A DNA stretch of 60,349 nt, counting the filler. It is 5 parts of 5 records of this genome, joined end to end, with 100 filler letters (N's around TTAATTAATTAA, not from the genome) between each part and the next. Parts side by side here need not be neighbours in the genome. Positions count along the whole stretch, not along the records: positions 1 to 15,532 come from SRR2962707_3497; positions 15,633 to 24,940 come from SRR2962707_3500; 3 more parts are not named here. The stretch is one strand, 5' to 3'. The position numbers and the translations under genes were made by a program. Shown in pieces: positions 10,151 through 19,762 of this stretch. The notes below the pieces were generated by a model. It was not told the DNA's origin and searched no databases. It worked only from the letters and a program-made list of their open reading frames with translations. Position 1 is the stretch's first letter, and the number at the start of each line of letters is the position of its first letter.

Positions 10151-10219
10151 TATAAATTTGTGTATTAGTGGCTTTTCAATTTATGAATTACCAGATTAGA
10201 ACTGATACTGCCTACTATA

Positions 10220-10780
10220 TTACTTCCGAATAATCTTAACAGTAGCATCATTTCCTATTTTTATAATAGAAGAAGGGCGACTGTTAGTCTTTTCGCGGTG
10301 CAAATTTACCACATAGTCAACACCTTTTAAAATTTCCTTAGCTATTTCTGAAAAGCTTTTTGGTGTAGGCATACCACTTATGTTGGCAGAAGTAGAAATA
10401 ATAGGTCGCTTGAATTGCCTAATTAATTTCTGGCAAAACTCATCTGATGCTACACGAATGGCAAGTGTGTTGTCTTTAGGAATTAGATTTTTAGCAACAT
10501 TAATTGGTCTATCATATATAATAGTGGTGGGTCTATCTGCTAATTCAACAATATCAAAAGCAGCATCAGGGATTTCATAAACATATTTTTGAAGCATTCT
10601 AATATCAGAAACTAGAGAAATTAACGCCTTACTATCGTCTCTTTTTTTTAATTCATATACTTTTTTGATAGCCTCTTCATTGGTAGCATCGCAACCAATC
10701 CCCCAAACGGTATCGGTAGGGTAGAGTATAAGCCCACCTTTATTAAGGATTTCAAGGGTGTTTTGGATTTCGTTGTTCAT
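10220..10780 (-). CDS. tsaC: L-threonylcarbamoyladenylate synthase (Sua5/YrdC)
   Basis: YPTDTVWGIGCD, KKR, AIRV and STSANISG motifs. Confidence 0.92.
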   Translation of the reverse strand: MNNEIQNTLEILNKGGLILYPTDTVWGIGCDATNEEAIKKVYELKKRDDSKALISLVSDIRMLQKYVYEIPDAAFDIVELADRPTTIIYDRPINVAKNLIPKDNTLAIRVASDEFCQKLIRQFKRPIISTSANISGMPTPKSFSEIAKEILKGVDYVVNLHREKTNSRPSSIIKIGNDATVKIIRK

Positions 10781-11619
10781 TATTTGTATAAGCTTAACTT
10801 TCGTTTTATATCTTTATATGATGTTCTCCATTGGGAAGAAATTTCATTCTTTTTACTTTGAAATTTCCAGTCTGAAACATCAATGATATTTTCTAAAATT
10901 TGATTTTGTATGGTTTTGTCTAAATGAAATTCATCGAATAATCTTTGAAGGTTTACTTTTCCATAGCCTACAAATTCATTGACTTTATTTTCAAAATGTA
11001 TTATAGACATCCAAACCCTTTTGTTTGGGACTCTAATTACTTGTTTCTCTTTTTTCCACCCTGAATGCGTTTTATGCCAAACACTCTTAGGGTTTTCATT
11101 TTTTTCGATTAGAGAAATAAAGGGATTAAAAGCTTGTTTTCTTTTCCCTAATTTTATATTCGGGCTTATTTGAAGTGTGTAACCATCCAGGAAATCAACC
11201 CCAGTATAAGTTTGCTTATTAAATGTTTTCTGAACTTCTTCAATATAATTTTTACTTATACTATCATCATTATCAATACGAGAAGTAATAATATAATCTG
11301 ACGTATTTTCATTAAGAATTTTTTGGATGGTAGGTAGAAATTTAGACATTCCATCTACATAAACAGGAGTGAAATTCTCAAAATCAAATTTATAACTTTC
11401 AATTTTTTTCTTGAAATTATTGGGAGTGTTTTTATCAAAAAAAACTAACCATTTAAAATTTTTATTGGTTTGAGATTTTACAGAAGGAATGCAGAAGTTT
11501 TCAAAAAGGACAAATCTGTTTTCTAACCATTTTTTGGTAAGAACAGGACTGTTATTTTTTGAGATTTTCCAATCATCTTTTCTAAGATTAAAACGCGTTA
11601 TTATAAAGTGATTAAACAT
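10780..11619 (-). CDS. Putative glycosyl (rhamnosyl-type) transferase, GT-A fold
   Basis: HFIITRFN, LFENFCIPSVKSQT and TSRIDNDD (DxDD) motifs. Confidence 0.75.
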   Translation of the reverse strand: MFNHFIITRFNLRKDDWKISKNNSPVLTKKWLENRFVLFENFCIPSVKSQTNKNFKWLVFFDKNTPNNFKKKIESYKFDFENFTPVYVDGMSKFLPTIQKILNENTSDYIITSRIDNDDSISKNYIEEVQKTFNKQTYTGVDFLDGYTLQISPNIKLGKRKQAFNPFISLIEKNENPKSVWHKTHSGWKKEKQVIRVPNKRVWMSIIHFENKVNEFVGYGKVNLQRLFDEFHLDKTIQNQILENIIDVSDWKFQSKKNEISSQWRTSYKDIKRKLSLYK

Positions 11620-11727
11620 AAAGTTATTTATATTTTATATATAAAGTAAAATAAAAGATTATGTACTTTTGCTTTACTATAAAGGTCAAATTTAAGTTTT
11701 TTTGTCATAGTATTTTAATTAAACAAA

Positions 11728-12549
11728 ATGAATACCAAATCAATCTCCATAATTATTAGTACCTATAATTCTGAGACTTGGCTCGAGAAAGTATTGTGGG
11801 GTTATCAAAATCAAAAGTTTAAAGATTTTGAAATGATTATTGCGGACGATGGCTCGGGGCCGAAAACAGAGGTACTCATCCAAAAAATGCAAGTAGAAGT
11901 ATTTTATCCAATAAACCATATTTGGCAAGAAGATAATGGATTTCAGAAGTCTAAAATACTAAACAAAGCTATTCTAGCTTGTAATACACCCTATATTGTA
12001 ATGAGTGATGGTGATTGTATTCCAAGACCAGACTTTTTAGAAGTTCATAATACTTTAAAAGAAGAAGGTTATTTTTTATCTGGTGGATATTTTAAACTAC
12101 CAATGTCAACATCAAAACTTATAACTAAAGAGGATATTATATCGGGAAGATGTTTTGATATGAAGTGGTTAAAAAAAAATGGAGTACCCAGTTCTTTTAA
12201 ATTGAATAAACTTACACAAAGTAATTTTAAAGCCAGCTTTTTAAATTTTATAACTCCTACCAAAGCCACTTGGAATGGAAATAATTCTTCTGGATGGAAA
12301 AAAGACATCACCGCTGTGAATGGAATGGACGAGCGTATGCAATATGGGGGACAAGATTGTGAGCTTGGAGAAAGAATGAGTAATAATGGTATAAAATCTA
12401 AGCAAATACGTTATAGCACTACATGTATTCATTTGGATCATTCTAGAGGTTATAAAAATGAAGAAAGCATAGCTAAAAATGACGCTATTAGAAAGAATAC
12501 TAGGATGCATAATTGTATTTGGACTGATTTTGGGATAGAAAAAAAATAA
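11728..12549 (+). CDS. Glycosyltransferase family 2
   Basis: SIIISTYN, IADDGS, DGDCIP, VNGMDE and YGGQD motifs. Confidence 0.9.
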   Translation: MNTKSISIIISTYNSETWLEKVLWGYQNQKFKDFEMIIADDGSGPKTEVLIQKMQVEVFYPINHIWQEDNGFQKSKILNKAILACNTPYIVMSDGDCIPRPDFLEVHNTLKEEGYFLSGGYFKLPMSTSKLITKEDIISGRCFDMKWLKKNGVPSSFKLNKLTQSNFKASFLNFITPTKATWNGNNSSGWKKDITAVNGMDERMQYGGQDCELGERMSNNGIKSKQIRYSTTCIHLDHSRGYKNEESIAKNDAIRKNTRMHNCIWTDFGIEKK

Positions 12550-12629
12550 TTTGGTTGCCATTGAAGAATATAACTTTTTAATAAAGTTTTACCTTTGCGA
12601 TGGTAATTCTAAGAAGATAAAAAGAAAGA

Positions 12630-13571
12630 ATGAAAATATTAGTAACTGGAGCAGCTGGGTTTATTGGTTCTCACACAGCAGAATTTTTTGCAAATGAAGG
12701 ACACCAAGTATATGGAATCGATAATTTTTCTTCGTATTACAATCCAGCATTGAAGAAATTAAATTTAGCAGATGTAGAGAAAGCTGGAGTTACTTTTATT
12801 GAAGCTGATATAATCAGCAATTTAAAAGAAAAGCTGCCTACAGACTTCGACTATGTTTTTCATTTTGCTGCACAGCCTGGTATTTCTGCTACAACAAGTT
12901 TGGAGGAGTATGTTCAGAATAATATTTTCGCGACACAAAATTTATTAGATTGGGTGAAAGAAACTTCTCCTAATCTCAAACTGTTTGTAAACATAGCAAC
13001 TTCTTCTATTTACGGAAAAGAGGCAACGCTACCAGAAACAGCCTTACCTAAGCCAGTTTCTTTTTATGGAACTACCAAATTAGCAGCAGAACAATTGGCT
13101 TTAGGAGAGCAAAGAGCAGGGAAATTAAATGCCTGTTCTTTACGCTTATATTCGGTTTATGGACCTAGAGAACGTCCAGAGAAGTTGTATACAAAGTTGA
13201 TAAAATCGATATACGATCAAACCGAATTTCCACTATTTGAGGGGAGCGAAAAGCATTCTCGGAGCTTTACGTATGTAGGCGATATTGTGAAAGGAATGGC
13301 GGCAGTAATAGGTAAGGAGCGTAAAATTAATGGAGAAATAATTAATATAGGCTCGGATGTGGAATATACTACACAACAGGGAATCGAATTGATAGAAAAA
13401 ATTATAGGACTTAAAGCAAAAATAAAAATTACTCCGCCACGACCTGGCGACCAATTACGTACGACGGCTCTAATTGATAAAGCCAGAAAATTATTAAGTT
13501 ATGAGCCAGAAACTTCTTTTGAAGTTGGACTGGAAAAACAAGTAGATTGGTATAGGGAGAAATTTTTATAA
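12630..13571 (+). CDS. NAD-dependent nucleotide-sugar epimerase (UDP-glucuronate 4-epimerase-like)
   Basis: TGAAGFIG Rossmann motif, HFAAQPG, TSSIYG, YGTTK (YxxxK), VYGPRERP. Confidence 0.88.
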   Translation: MKILVTGAAGFIGSHTAEFFANEGHQVYGIDNFSSYYNPALKKLNLADVEKAGVTFIEADIISNLKEKLPTDFDYVFHFAAQPGISATTSLEEYVQNNIFATQNLLDWVKETSPNLKLFVNIATSSIYGKEATLPETALPKPVSFYGTTKLAAEQLALGEQRAGKLNACSLRLYSVYGPRERPEKLYTKLIKSIYDQTEFPLFEGSEKHSRSFTYVGDIVKGMAAVIGKERKINGEIINIGSDVEYTTQQGIELIEKIIGLKAKIKITPPRPGDQLRTTALIDKARKLLSYEPETSFEVGLEKQVDWYREKFL

Positions 13572-13575
13572 AATA

Positions 13576-14373
13576 TTATTCGCTTTGCAATTTTTTAAGT
13601 TCTCTAAAACGTTCATAAACTCCTAATGCATTTAAATAACAAATAGTAACTCCTTTAGCACCATCTAGAATGCCAAGTCTAATAATATAATGATTAAAAA
13701 ATTTCCAAGTAGGACGTAAATATTGCTGAAGGACATTCCATTTTTTTCCTTTTAAAAAAGACTCTTTGGCTTTTAATTGCCCGTATTTGAGCATTTTACC
13801 TTTATAGTCTTCATAGTTTTTATAAGAGTAATGAATTAATTTTTCTTTTAGAAACCCTTCAGTTCCATTAACTTTTAAGGTCTCATGAACAATCCTTTCA
13901 TTTATAAATTCGCATGAATTCTTTTTAAATAAGCGGTAGACTTTATCGGTTTGCCAACCACTAAAATAGAGTCGCTTATTTTTAAACATAAAGGTTCTGT
14001 AATTCCAATAAGCATCTTTAGCAGTTGGATTATTTATGGTGAGAATTATTTCCTTTTCGAGTTTTGGAGTTACACGTTCATCAGCATCAAAAAAATAGAC
14101 CCAGTTATATTGAGCACAACTTAAAGCATAGGATTTCTGCTTGGTAAAATTCTCAAAAGGATGTTGTATGGCAGTAATTTTAGGATGATTTTGAAGATAT
14201 TCCCAAGTACCATCAGTACTAAAGGAATCGACTACAATAATTTCATCAGCAAAAAGAATACTTTCAATACAATCTTTAATATAATCCACCTCATTATATG
14301 TAATAATTACTGCGGATAACTTTGCTTTTGTGCTCAAATTTCTATTTTTTGTAAAGGTATTGCCTTCCGTCAA
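13576..14373 (-). CDS. Glycosyltransferase family 2 (LOS core beta-1,4-glucosyltransferase-like)
   Basis: SAVIITYNE, VVDSFSTDGT, DADER, VHE and GILDG motifs; start codon uncertain. Confidence 0.85.
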   Translation of the reverse strand: MTEGNTFTKNRNLSTKAKLSAVIITYNEVDYIKDCIESILFADEIIVVDSFSTDGTWEYLQNHPKITAIQHPFENFTKQKSYALSCAQYNWVYFFDADERVTPKLEKEIILTINNPTAKDAYWNYRTFMFKNKRLYFSGWQTDKVYRLFKKNSCEFINERIVHETLKVNGTEGFLKEKLIHYSYKNYEDYKGKMLKYGQLKAKESFLKGKKWNVLQQYLRPTWKFFNHYIIRLGILDGAKGVTICYLNALGVYERFRELKKLQSE

Positions 14374-14376
14374 AAT

Positions 14377-14413
14377 AAAAAAATCCGAAAGACACTAGTG
14401 TCCATCGGATTTT
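14377..14413 (-). terminator. Probable terminator downstream of dapD
   Basis: AAAATCCGA..GACAC-TA-GTGTC..TCGGATTTT hairpin with an A-tract on the left (U-tract on the minus strand). Confidence 0.6.
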
Positions 14414-14529
14414 ACTCGATAATCGAGTTTTGAGTATTTTGGCGCTTGTATAGAAATACTATTTGTTTTTCCTTCTAATACTTTGGTAGGTTATACCAAG
14501 AAAACATTAACTATAATTTTTTTTTAGGA

Positions 14530-15345
14530 TTATACAGCAACATCATATTCACGAAGTGCATCGTTTAAAGATGTTTTCTTATTAGTACTTTCCTTACGTT
14601 TCCCTATAATTAAAGCACAAGGAACATTAAATTCTCCTGCAGGAAATTTTTTGGTATAACTTCCAGGAATAACCACCGATCTGGCTGGCACATATCCTTT
14701 AATTTCTACAGGTTCGTCTCCGGTAACATCAATTATTTTGGTAGAACCTGTTAGTACTACATTAGCACCTAAAACAGCTTCTTTTTCAACGCGAATTCCT
14801 TCAACAACAATACATCTTGAACCAATAAATGCATTGTCTTCTATAATTACGGGAGCAGCTTGTAATGGCTCTAAAACTCCTCCAATTCCAACACCCCCGC
14901 TAAGGTGAACATTCTTACCTATTTGAGCGCAACTTCCTACAGTAGCCCATGTGTCTACCATAGTTCCTTCATCAACATACGCACCTATATTTACATAACT
15001 AGGCATTAAAATAGTACCTGCCGAAATATAAGCTCCATGTCTGGCAACCGCAGCAGGAACAACGCGGATTCCTTTTTCAGCATAATTTCTTTTTAATGGA
15101 ATTTTGTCATGGAATTCAAGTGGTCCAACTTCTAAAGTTTCCATTTTCTGGATTGGGAAGTATAAAACAACTGCTTTTTTAACCCATTCGTTTACTTGCC
15201 AGCCGTTTTCTGTAGGCTCAGCTACCCGAAGTTTACCTTCATCTAATAAAGAAACAACTTCTCTAATAGTATTTACAGTATTTTCGTCTTTAAGTAATTC
15301 CCTGTTCTCCCAGGCATTCTCTATGATTGTACGTATCTCGTTCAT
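14530..15345 (-). CDS. dapD: 2,3,4,5-tetrahydropyridine-2,6-dicarboxylate N-succinyltransferase
   Basis: WQVNEWVKKAV, RVVP, MPSYVNIGAYVD, HLSGGVGIGGVLEPLQA and KTSLNDALR. Confidence 0.96.
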   Translation of the reverse strand: MNEIRTIIENAWENRELLKDENTVNTIREVVSLLDEGKLRVAEPTENGWQVNEWVKKAVVLYFPIQKMETLEVGPLEFHDKIPLKRNYAEKGIRVVPAAVARHGAYISAGTILMPSYVNIGAYVDEGTMVDTWATVGSCAQIGKNVHLSGGVGIGGVLEPLQAAPVIIEDNAFIGSRCIVVEGIRVEKEAVLGANVVLTGSTKIIDVTGDEPVEIKGYVPARSVVIPGSYTKKFPAGEFNVPCALIIGKRKESTNKKTSLNDALREYDVAV

Positions 15346-15532
15346 CTAAATTAAAATTTTTACAAATATAAAACTGTTCAACTTATTTAACCTACTATTT
15401 TACAACTATAACATTTTATAACATTTTGTTTAAAATAATACAATAATTTAGAAGTTGGTTAATTTCTTATAAACGTTTTAAAAAGTTTACTTTTGTAAAA
15501 AGTATTATTGTTGTCCGATAAAAGTTAACGGA

Positions 15533-15632
15533 NNNNNNNNNNNNNNNNNNNNNNNNNNNNNNNNNNNNNNNNNNNNTTAATTAATTAANNNNNNNNNNNN
15601 NNNNNNNNNNNNNNNNNNNNNNNNNNNNNNNN
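15533..15632. other. Artificial contig spacer
   Basis: N44-TTAATTAATTAA-N44, with stops in all six frames. Confidence 0.98.
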
Positions 15633-15678
15633 TGTTTCCTTTGAATACCTCGTAGGCTTGCCCCGAGATAGTTGATTA
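15633..15678. repeat. Partial copy of the dispersed palindromic repeat at contig start
   Basis: CCTCGTAGGCTTGCCCCGAGATAGTTGATTA matches 1-30. Confidence 0.7.
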
Positions 15679-15683
15679 CAATA

Positions 15684-17687
15684 TTAATCCAATATAAAAG
15701 CTCCCTTTTCACCAGTATAGTGAAAAGGGATTTTTTGTTTTTTACAACTGGCCTTCCAAAGAGATACAAACGATCTATAGTTGTTTCCATCCGCAATTAC
15801 CACTCTAGGTTTTATTTCTGATACAACTCTATTTAGGTTAACCTTTGGGGAGCCAGTTAACAATAATATAGCTGCGGTTTCTTCTTTATTATATGTAGCA
15901 GAACTATCTATAATTATTATTTTTTGTTGCTGAAAGCTAAAGCTAGATGGGAATTTTAAATATTCAATTGTATGTATGTTTTCTCCAATTTTATAAGTTT
16001 TAAATAAGTAGTTTTCCTTTAATAAGGGAGTGTTTGCTTGTAATTGATTTCCTTTCTGAAGCGCCATGAATGTATTTCTACTTTTATGAAAAATGATAAA
16101 TCGCTGTTGATTTTCTGTTTTTTTATACTGATAAAAAATGCTGCCAAAGCATAGTAATAAGCTTCCAGAGAAAAGTATAAAATTATGTTTATTGTTATTT
16201 TTCATTAGTAATACAAGAGCTATAATTAATCCTGAAACCGTGAAGAAGTTTAGGCTTGTAAAATGAATCTCTGTAAAAATAAATTCTTCCTTACTTCCAA
16301 TCCATTCAACAAATGCATTCATTATTCGGATTAGTATAAAATAGCCTTCAGCAAAAAAATCTGGTAAAGCATTTATAAAAGCTAAAATAATAAGTAAAAA
16401 TCCTAATGTTAGAAGGAAACCAATACATGGAATAATAACTAGGTTTGAGACAAAAAACAGGCTTGGAAATTGATGAAAATAATACAAAGTAATTGGTAAA
16501 ACACTTAATTGAGCCGCTACACTAACGGTTAATAAATTCCATAAGTAAATCAGTATTTTGTTTTTAGGATTCCAAAAGGATATCAAGGTTGGTTGGATCC
16601 AAACAATTCCAAAAACAGCCGTATAACTTAATTGGAATCCTACATCAAAAATATATTTAGGGTTTACTATTAGCAGAAAAAACATGGAGGTAATAAGTGC
16701 ATGATAAATGTTTTTGGGGCGATTGAGTTTTCTGGCATAGGCAATAAATGAAAACATAGTAACAGCTCTTACTACAGAAGCGCTCACACCAGCAATTATG
16801 GCGAACATCCAGAGTATTGTAATTATTAAAATGAGCTTTGTAATTTCTCCATTTTTTATTTTTTCTAAGGGTTTTAGGATAAAATCAAGTAATAAAAATA
16901 GAATTCCAATATGTAGCCCTGAAATTGCTAATAAATGAACTGCGCCAGCTGAAATGTAGGCTTCATATATTTCATTGGATACATCCTGTCGTTGTCCTAG
17001 TAATAATGCATTTACTACTGCTATTTCTTCTTTGTATGGGTATTTTGTAAGGATTTTATTGACCTTCTTTCGGAATAAAGCCGCGTACCCATAAATAGTT
17101 TTTACTTTATTAGAGACTATTTTAACACCCTTTTCATCTGCTTGTAGTTGATGATAAATTCCATGTTCTGATAAATACTTTTTATAATTAAATTGATGTG
17201 GATTAAGAGGGGGAAAGATTCCTTTTAGAGCAATTTTAGTAGTGTATTCAGCATCAACATTGGGTAGTTTAACAGGAATACTATCTTTTTTTAAGTTGAA
17301 TATAATAGTGCCAACTACTTCTTTTTCCTTAATCGCTATTACTTTAGCTTCGTATTTGTAATAATATGCACTAGTTTTAAGTTCCTTGATTATTCTAAAA
17401 GTTATTTCGTCTCCTTTATTATAAAAATGACTGTAATGATTTGGGTTTTTATCAGTATGTATAGTTGTAATAAGCATCCCAATAAAAAAGAGAGACAGGT
17501 AAGTTATAAATCCAAAAATAAAAAGAGAAGCATGTTTTTTCTTACGGACTAAGCCGACTAGAAGTACTATACAGCCTACTAAAAAGTAGGTTAGAACGTT
17601 TAAGTTTATGTCATAGTAATGACCGCCACAAATTCCGAAGAACAGGAAAATCAAGAGTTTGAAAATAGGATAATTTAGTATTTTCAC
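15684..17687 (-). CDS. comEC: ComEC/Rec2 competence protein
   Basis: NPHQFNY, HLLAISGLHIG, SVVRA and DVGFQLSY motifs; many TM helices. Confidence 0.92.
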   Translation of the reverse strand: MKILNYPIFKLLIFLFFGICGGHYYDINLNVLTYFLVGCIVLLVGLVRKKKHASLFIFGFITYLSLFFIGMLITTIHTDKNPNHYSHFYNKGDEITFRIIKELKTSAYYYKYEAKVIAIKEKEVVGTIIFNLKKDSIPVKLPNVDAEYTTKIALKGIFPPLNPHQFNYKKYLSEHGIYHQLQADEKGVKIVSNKVKTIYGYAALFRKKVNKILTKYPYKEEIAVVNALLLGQRQDVSNEIYEAYISAGAVHLLAISGLHIGILFLLLDFILKPLEKIKNGEITKLILIITILWMFAIIAGVSASVVRAVTMFSFIAYARKLNRPKNIYHALITSMFFLLIVNPKYIFDVGFQLSYTAVFGIVWIQPTLISFWNPKNKILIYLWNLLTVSVAAQLSVLPITLYYFHQFPSLFFVSNLVIIPCIGFLLTLGFLLIILAFINALPDFFAEGYFILIRIMNAFVEWIGSKEEFIFTEIHFTSLNFFTVSGLIIALVLLMKNNNKHNFILFSGSLLLCFGSIFYQYKKTENQQRFIIFHKSRNTFMALQKGNQLQANTPLLKENYLFKTYKIGENIHTIEYLKFPSSFSFQQQKIIIIDSSATYNKEETAAILLLTGSPKVNLNRVVSEIKPRVVIADGNNYRSFVSLWKASCKKQKIPFHYTGEKGAFILD

Positions 17688-17719
17688 ATAGATTAAATAC
17701 TAAATATATAAAAAATAAA

Positions 17720-18235
17720 CTATAAAATTTTTCTAGCGTGATTAAAAGCATAATTCCAATACCCCTCACTTAAAGAAGAAACGAGCACACCTCTGGAAGT
17801 TGTTGAATGAATAAAGCGGATGTCATTTCCTCTAACATCCACTACAAGTCCGACATGATTTATTTTTCGACTACTTTTATTGGTCGTAAAAAACAATAAA
17901 TCTCCCTTTTCTACATTTTTTAATTTAATTTTCTTTCCTTGGGTTGCCATCATGTAAGAAGCACGTTGAAGTGCAATATCATTTTCTTTGAAGGAAATAT
18001 AAATTAGACCAGAACAATCCATACCTCTTTTAGTAGTTCCGCCATATTTATAGGGTGTTCCGTTGTATGATAAGGCAGTTTTTATAATATTATTAGCTTC
18101 TTTACTTCCTTTTTTTTCTTTATATGAAGCTTCTTTTTTGGAAGCTGTATCGCCTTTAACAGAAACTGTTTTCTTGGTAGATTTACAAGATAAAATACTG
18201 ATGGTTATTAAAAGAATCGTTATTGTTTTTTTCAT
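17720..18235 (-). CDS. NlpC/P60 (C40) lipoprotein peptidase
   Basis: Lipobox ILSC; PYKYGG, MDCSG, GDLLFF, HVG and IHS motifs. Confidence 0.92.
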   Translation of the reverse strand: MKKTITILLITISILSCKSTKKTVSVKGDTASKKEASYKEKKGSKEANNIIKTALSYNGTPYKYGGTTKRGMDCSGLIYISFKENDIALQRASYMMATQGKKIKLKNVEKGDLLFFTTNKSSRKINHVGLVVDVRGNDIRFIHSTTSRGVLVSSLSEGYWNYAFNHARKIL

Positions 18236-18260
18236 AGAAACTATTGGGGTTTCGTGCAAA

Positions 18261-19373
18261 TTAGGAAATTTTATTATAAATAAGTTCAGCAGTTTTTTTG
18301 CTAGCGCCTTTACCTCCTAGTTTTTTTTCTAATTCGAAATAATCTAAAAACATCTTTTCTCGTACTTCAGGAGTAAGAATCTTCTTTAATTCGGACTTCA
18401 GGTTTTTAGTAGTTAGCTCATTTTGAATAAGTTCTTTAACTACTTCTCTATTCATAATTAAATTAACCAACGAAATATATTCCAAAGTAATAATACGTTT
18501 TGCAATTTGATAGCTAATCCAATTTCCTTTATAGCAAACTACTTCTGGTACTTTAAACAGGGCAGTTTCTAAAGTTGCAGTTCCGCTAGTAACCAAAGCA
18601 GCTTTGGAAACGCTTAGTAAATCGTAGGTTTTTCCTGATACAAAATGAACGTTGGCTTTGCCAATAAATTGTTCGTAAAAAGTGTACTCCTGACTAGGAG
18701 CGCCGGCAATTACAAATTGATATTCTTTAAAATCGTCAACAATACTAAGCATTATAGAAAGCATATTTGTTATTTCTTGCTTTCTACTTCCTGGAAGTAG
18801 TGCTATAATTTCTCTATGGTCTAATTGATGCTGTTTTCTAAAATCGTCTGGGAGGATTTGCTTTCTAGATCCAATGGCATCTAGTAAAGGATGCCCTACA
18901 AAATTTACAGGATACTTATGTTTTTCTTCATAAAATTCCTTTTCAAAGGGAAGAATAACAAACATCTCGTCGATATCTCGTTTTATGGCTTCAATTCTAC
19001 TTTCGCGCGAAGCCCATATTTGAGGAGAAACATAATAGAAAGTTTTATAATTAAGGTGTTTTGCCCATTTAGCAATTCTTAAATTAAAGCCTGAATAATC
19101 AATAAAAATCAGCACATCAGGATTAAAGTTTTCAATATCTTGCTTGCAGAATTTTATGTTTGAAAATATTTTGGGAAGGTTCATAATCACTTCAAAAAAG
19201 CCCATAAAAGATTGCTCTTTATAGTGTTTAACCAGGTCAACGCCAGCTTGTTGCATTAAATCGCCACCCCAACCTCTAAAAGAACTATTGGCATCTACTT
19301 TTGCGAGTTCCTTAACGAGGTTGGAAGCATGTAAATCTCCAGATGCTTCGCCTGCAATAATATAATACTTCAC
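18261..19373 (-). CDS. lpxB: Lipid-A-disaccharide synthase
   Basis: AGEASGDLH, SPQIWA, VGHPL, LLPGSR and SGTATLE motifs. Confidence 0.96.
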   Translation of the reverse strand: MKYYIIAGEASGDLHASNLVKELAKVDANSSFRGWGGDLMQQAGVDLVKHYKEQSFMGFFEVIMNLPKIFSNIKFCKQDIENFNPDVLIFIDYSGFNLRIAKWAKHLNYKTFYYVSPQIWASRESRIEAIKRDIDEMFVILPFEKEFYEEKHKYPVNFVGHPLLDAIGSRKQILPDDFRKQHQLDHREIIALLPGSRKQEITNMLSIMLSIVDDFKEYQFVIAGAPSQEYTFYEQFIGKANVHFVSGKTYDLLSVSKAALVTSGTATLETALFKVPEVVCYKGNWISYQIAKRIITLEYISLVNLIMNREVVKELIQNELTTKNLKSELKKILTPEVREKMFLDYFELEKKLGGKGASKKTAELIYNKIS

Positions 19374-19480
19374 TAATTATAAGTTTTTCTCACGATATGA
19401 GGTTTAAAATGCTCCTAAATTATACAGAACATTCGTAATTTATTCAGCTTAAAACCTTACGAGTACATCTCGAAGAGGTT

Positions 19481-19762
19481 TTAAAATATTTTCAGTAACA
19501 ATATAATAAAAGCCGTTAAAAAAGTAGCTATAAGTACCCCTTTTGCACGTTGATCTCTTTTAATTTTTATAAATCCGAAGAAAGCAGCGAGATTTAGTAA
19601 TGCTCCTAATGCCAATAAACTTCCTAAGTGGCCTTGCTCTCGAGCAACAATAATACTCTCTTGAATACTCAATTCGGAAAAAATAATTAGATATAATAAG
19701 GTACCTATAAGATTGGCAATAATTCCAACTGTAAATCCAATAAATATTTCTTTTCTAGTCAT
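19481..19762 (-). CDS. Small three-TM membrane protein
   Basis: 93-aa hydrophobic ORF overlapping the surE stop. Confidence 0.7.
   Translation of the reverse strand: MTRKEIFIGFTVGIIANLIGTLLYLIIFSELSIQESIIVAREQGHLGSLLALGALLNLAAFFGFIKIKRDQRAKGVLIATFLTAFIILLLKIF

Noticed and set aside
15407-15427. TATAACATTT tandem as a regulator box
   Set aside because: Very AT-rich context, and the downstream gene is beyond the contig end, so it cannot be supported
15577-15588. TTAATTAATTAA palindrome as a biological site, and ORFs running through the N-runs
   Set aside because: Synthetic six-frame-stop linker repeated identically in every spacer
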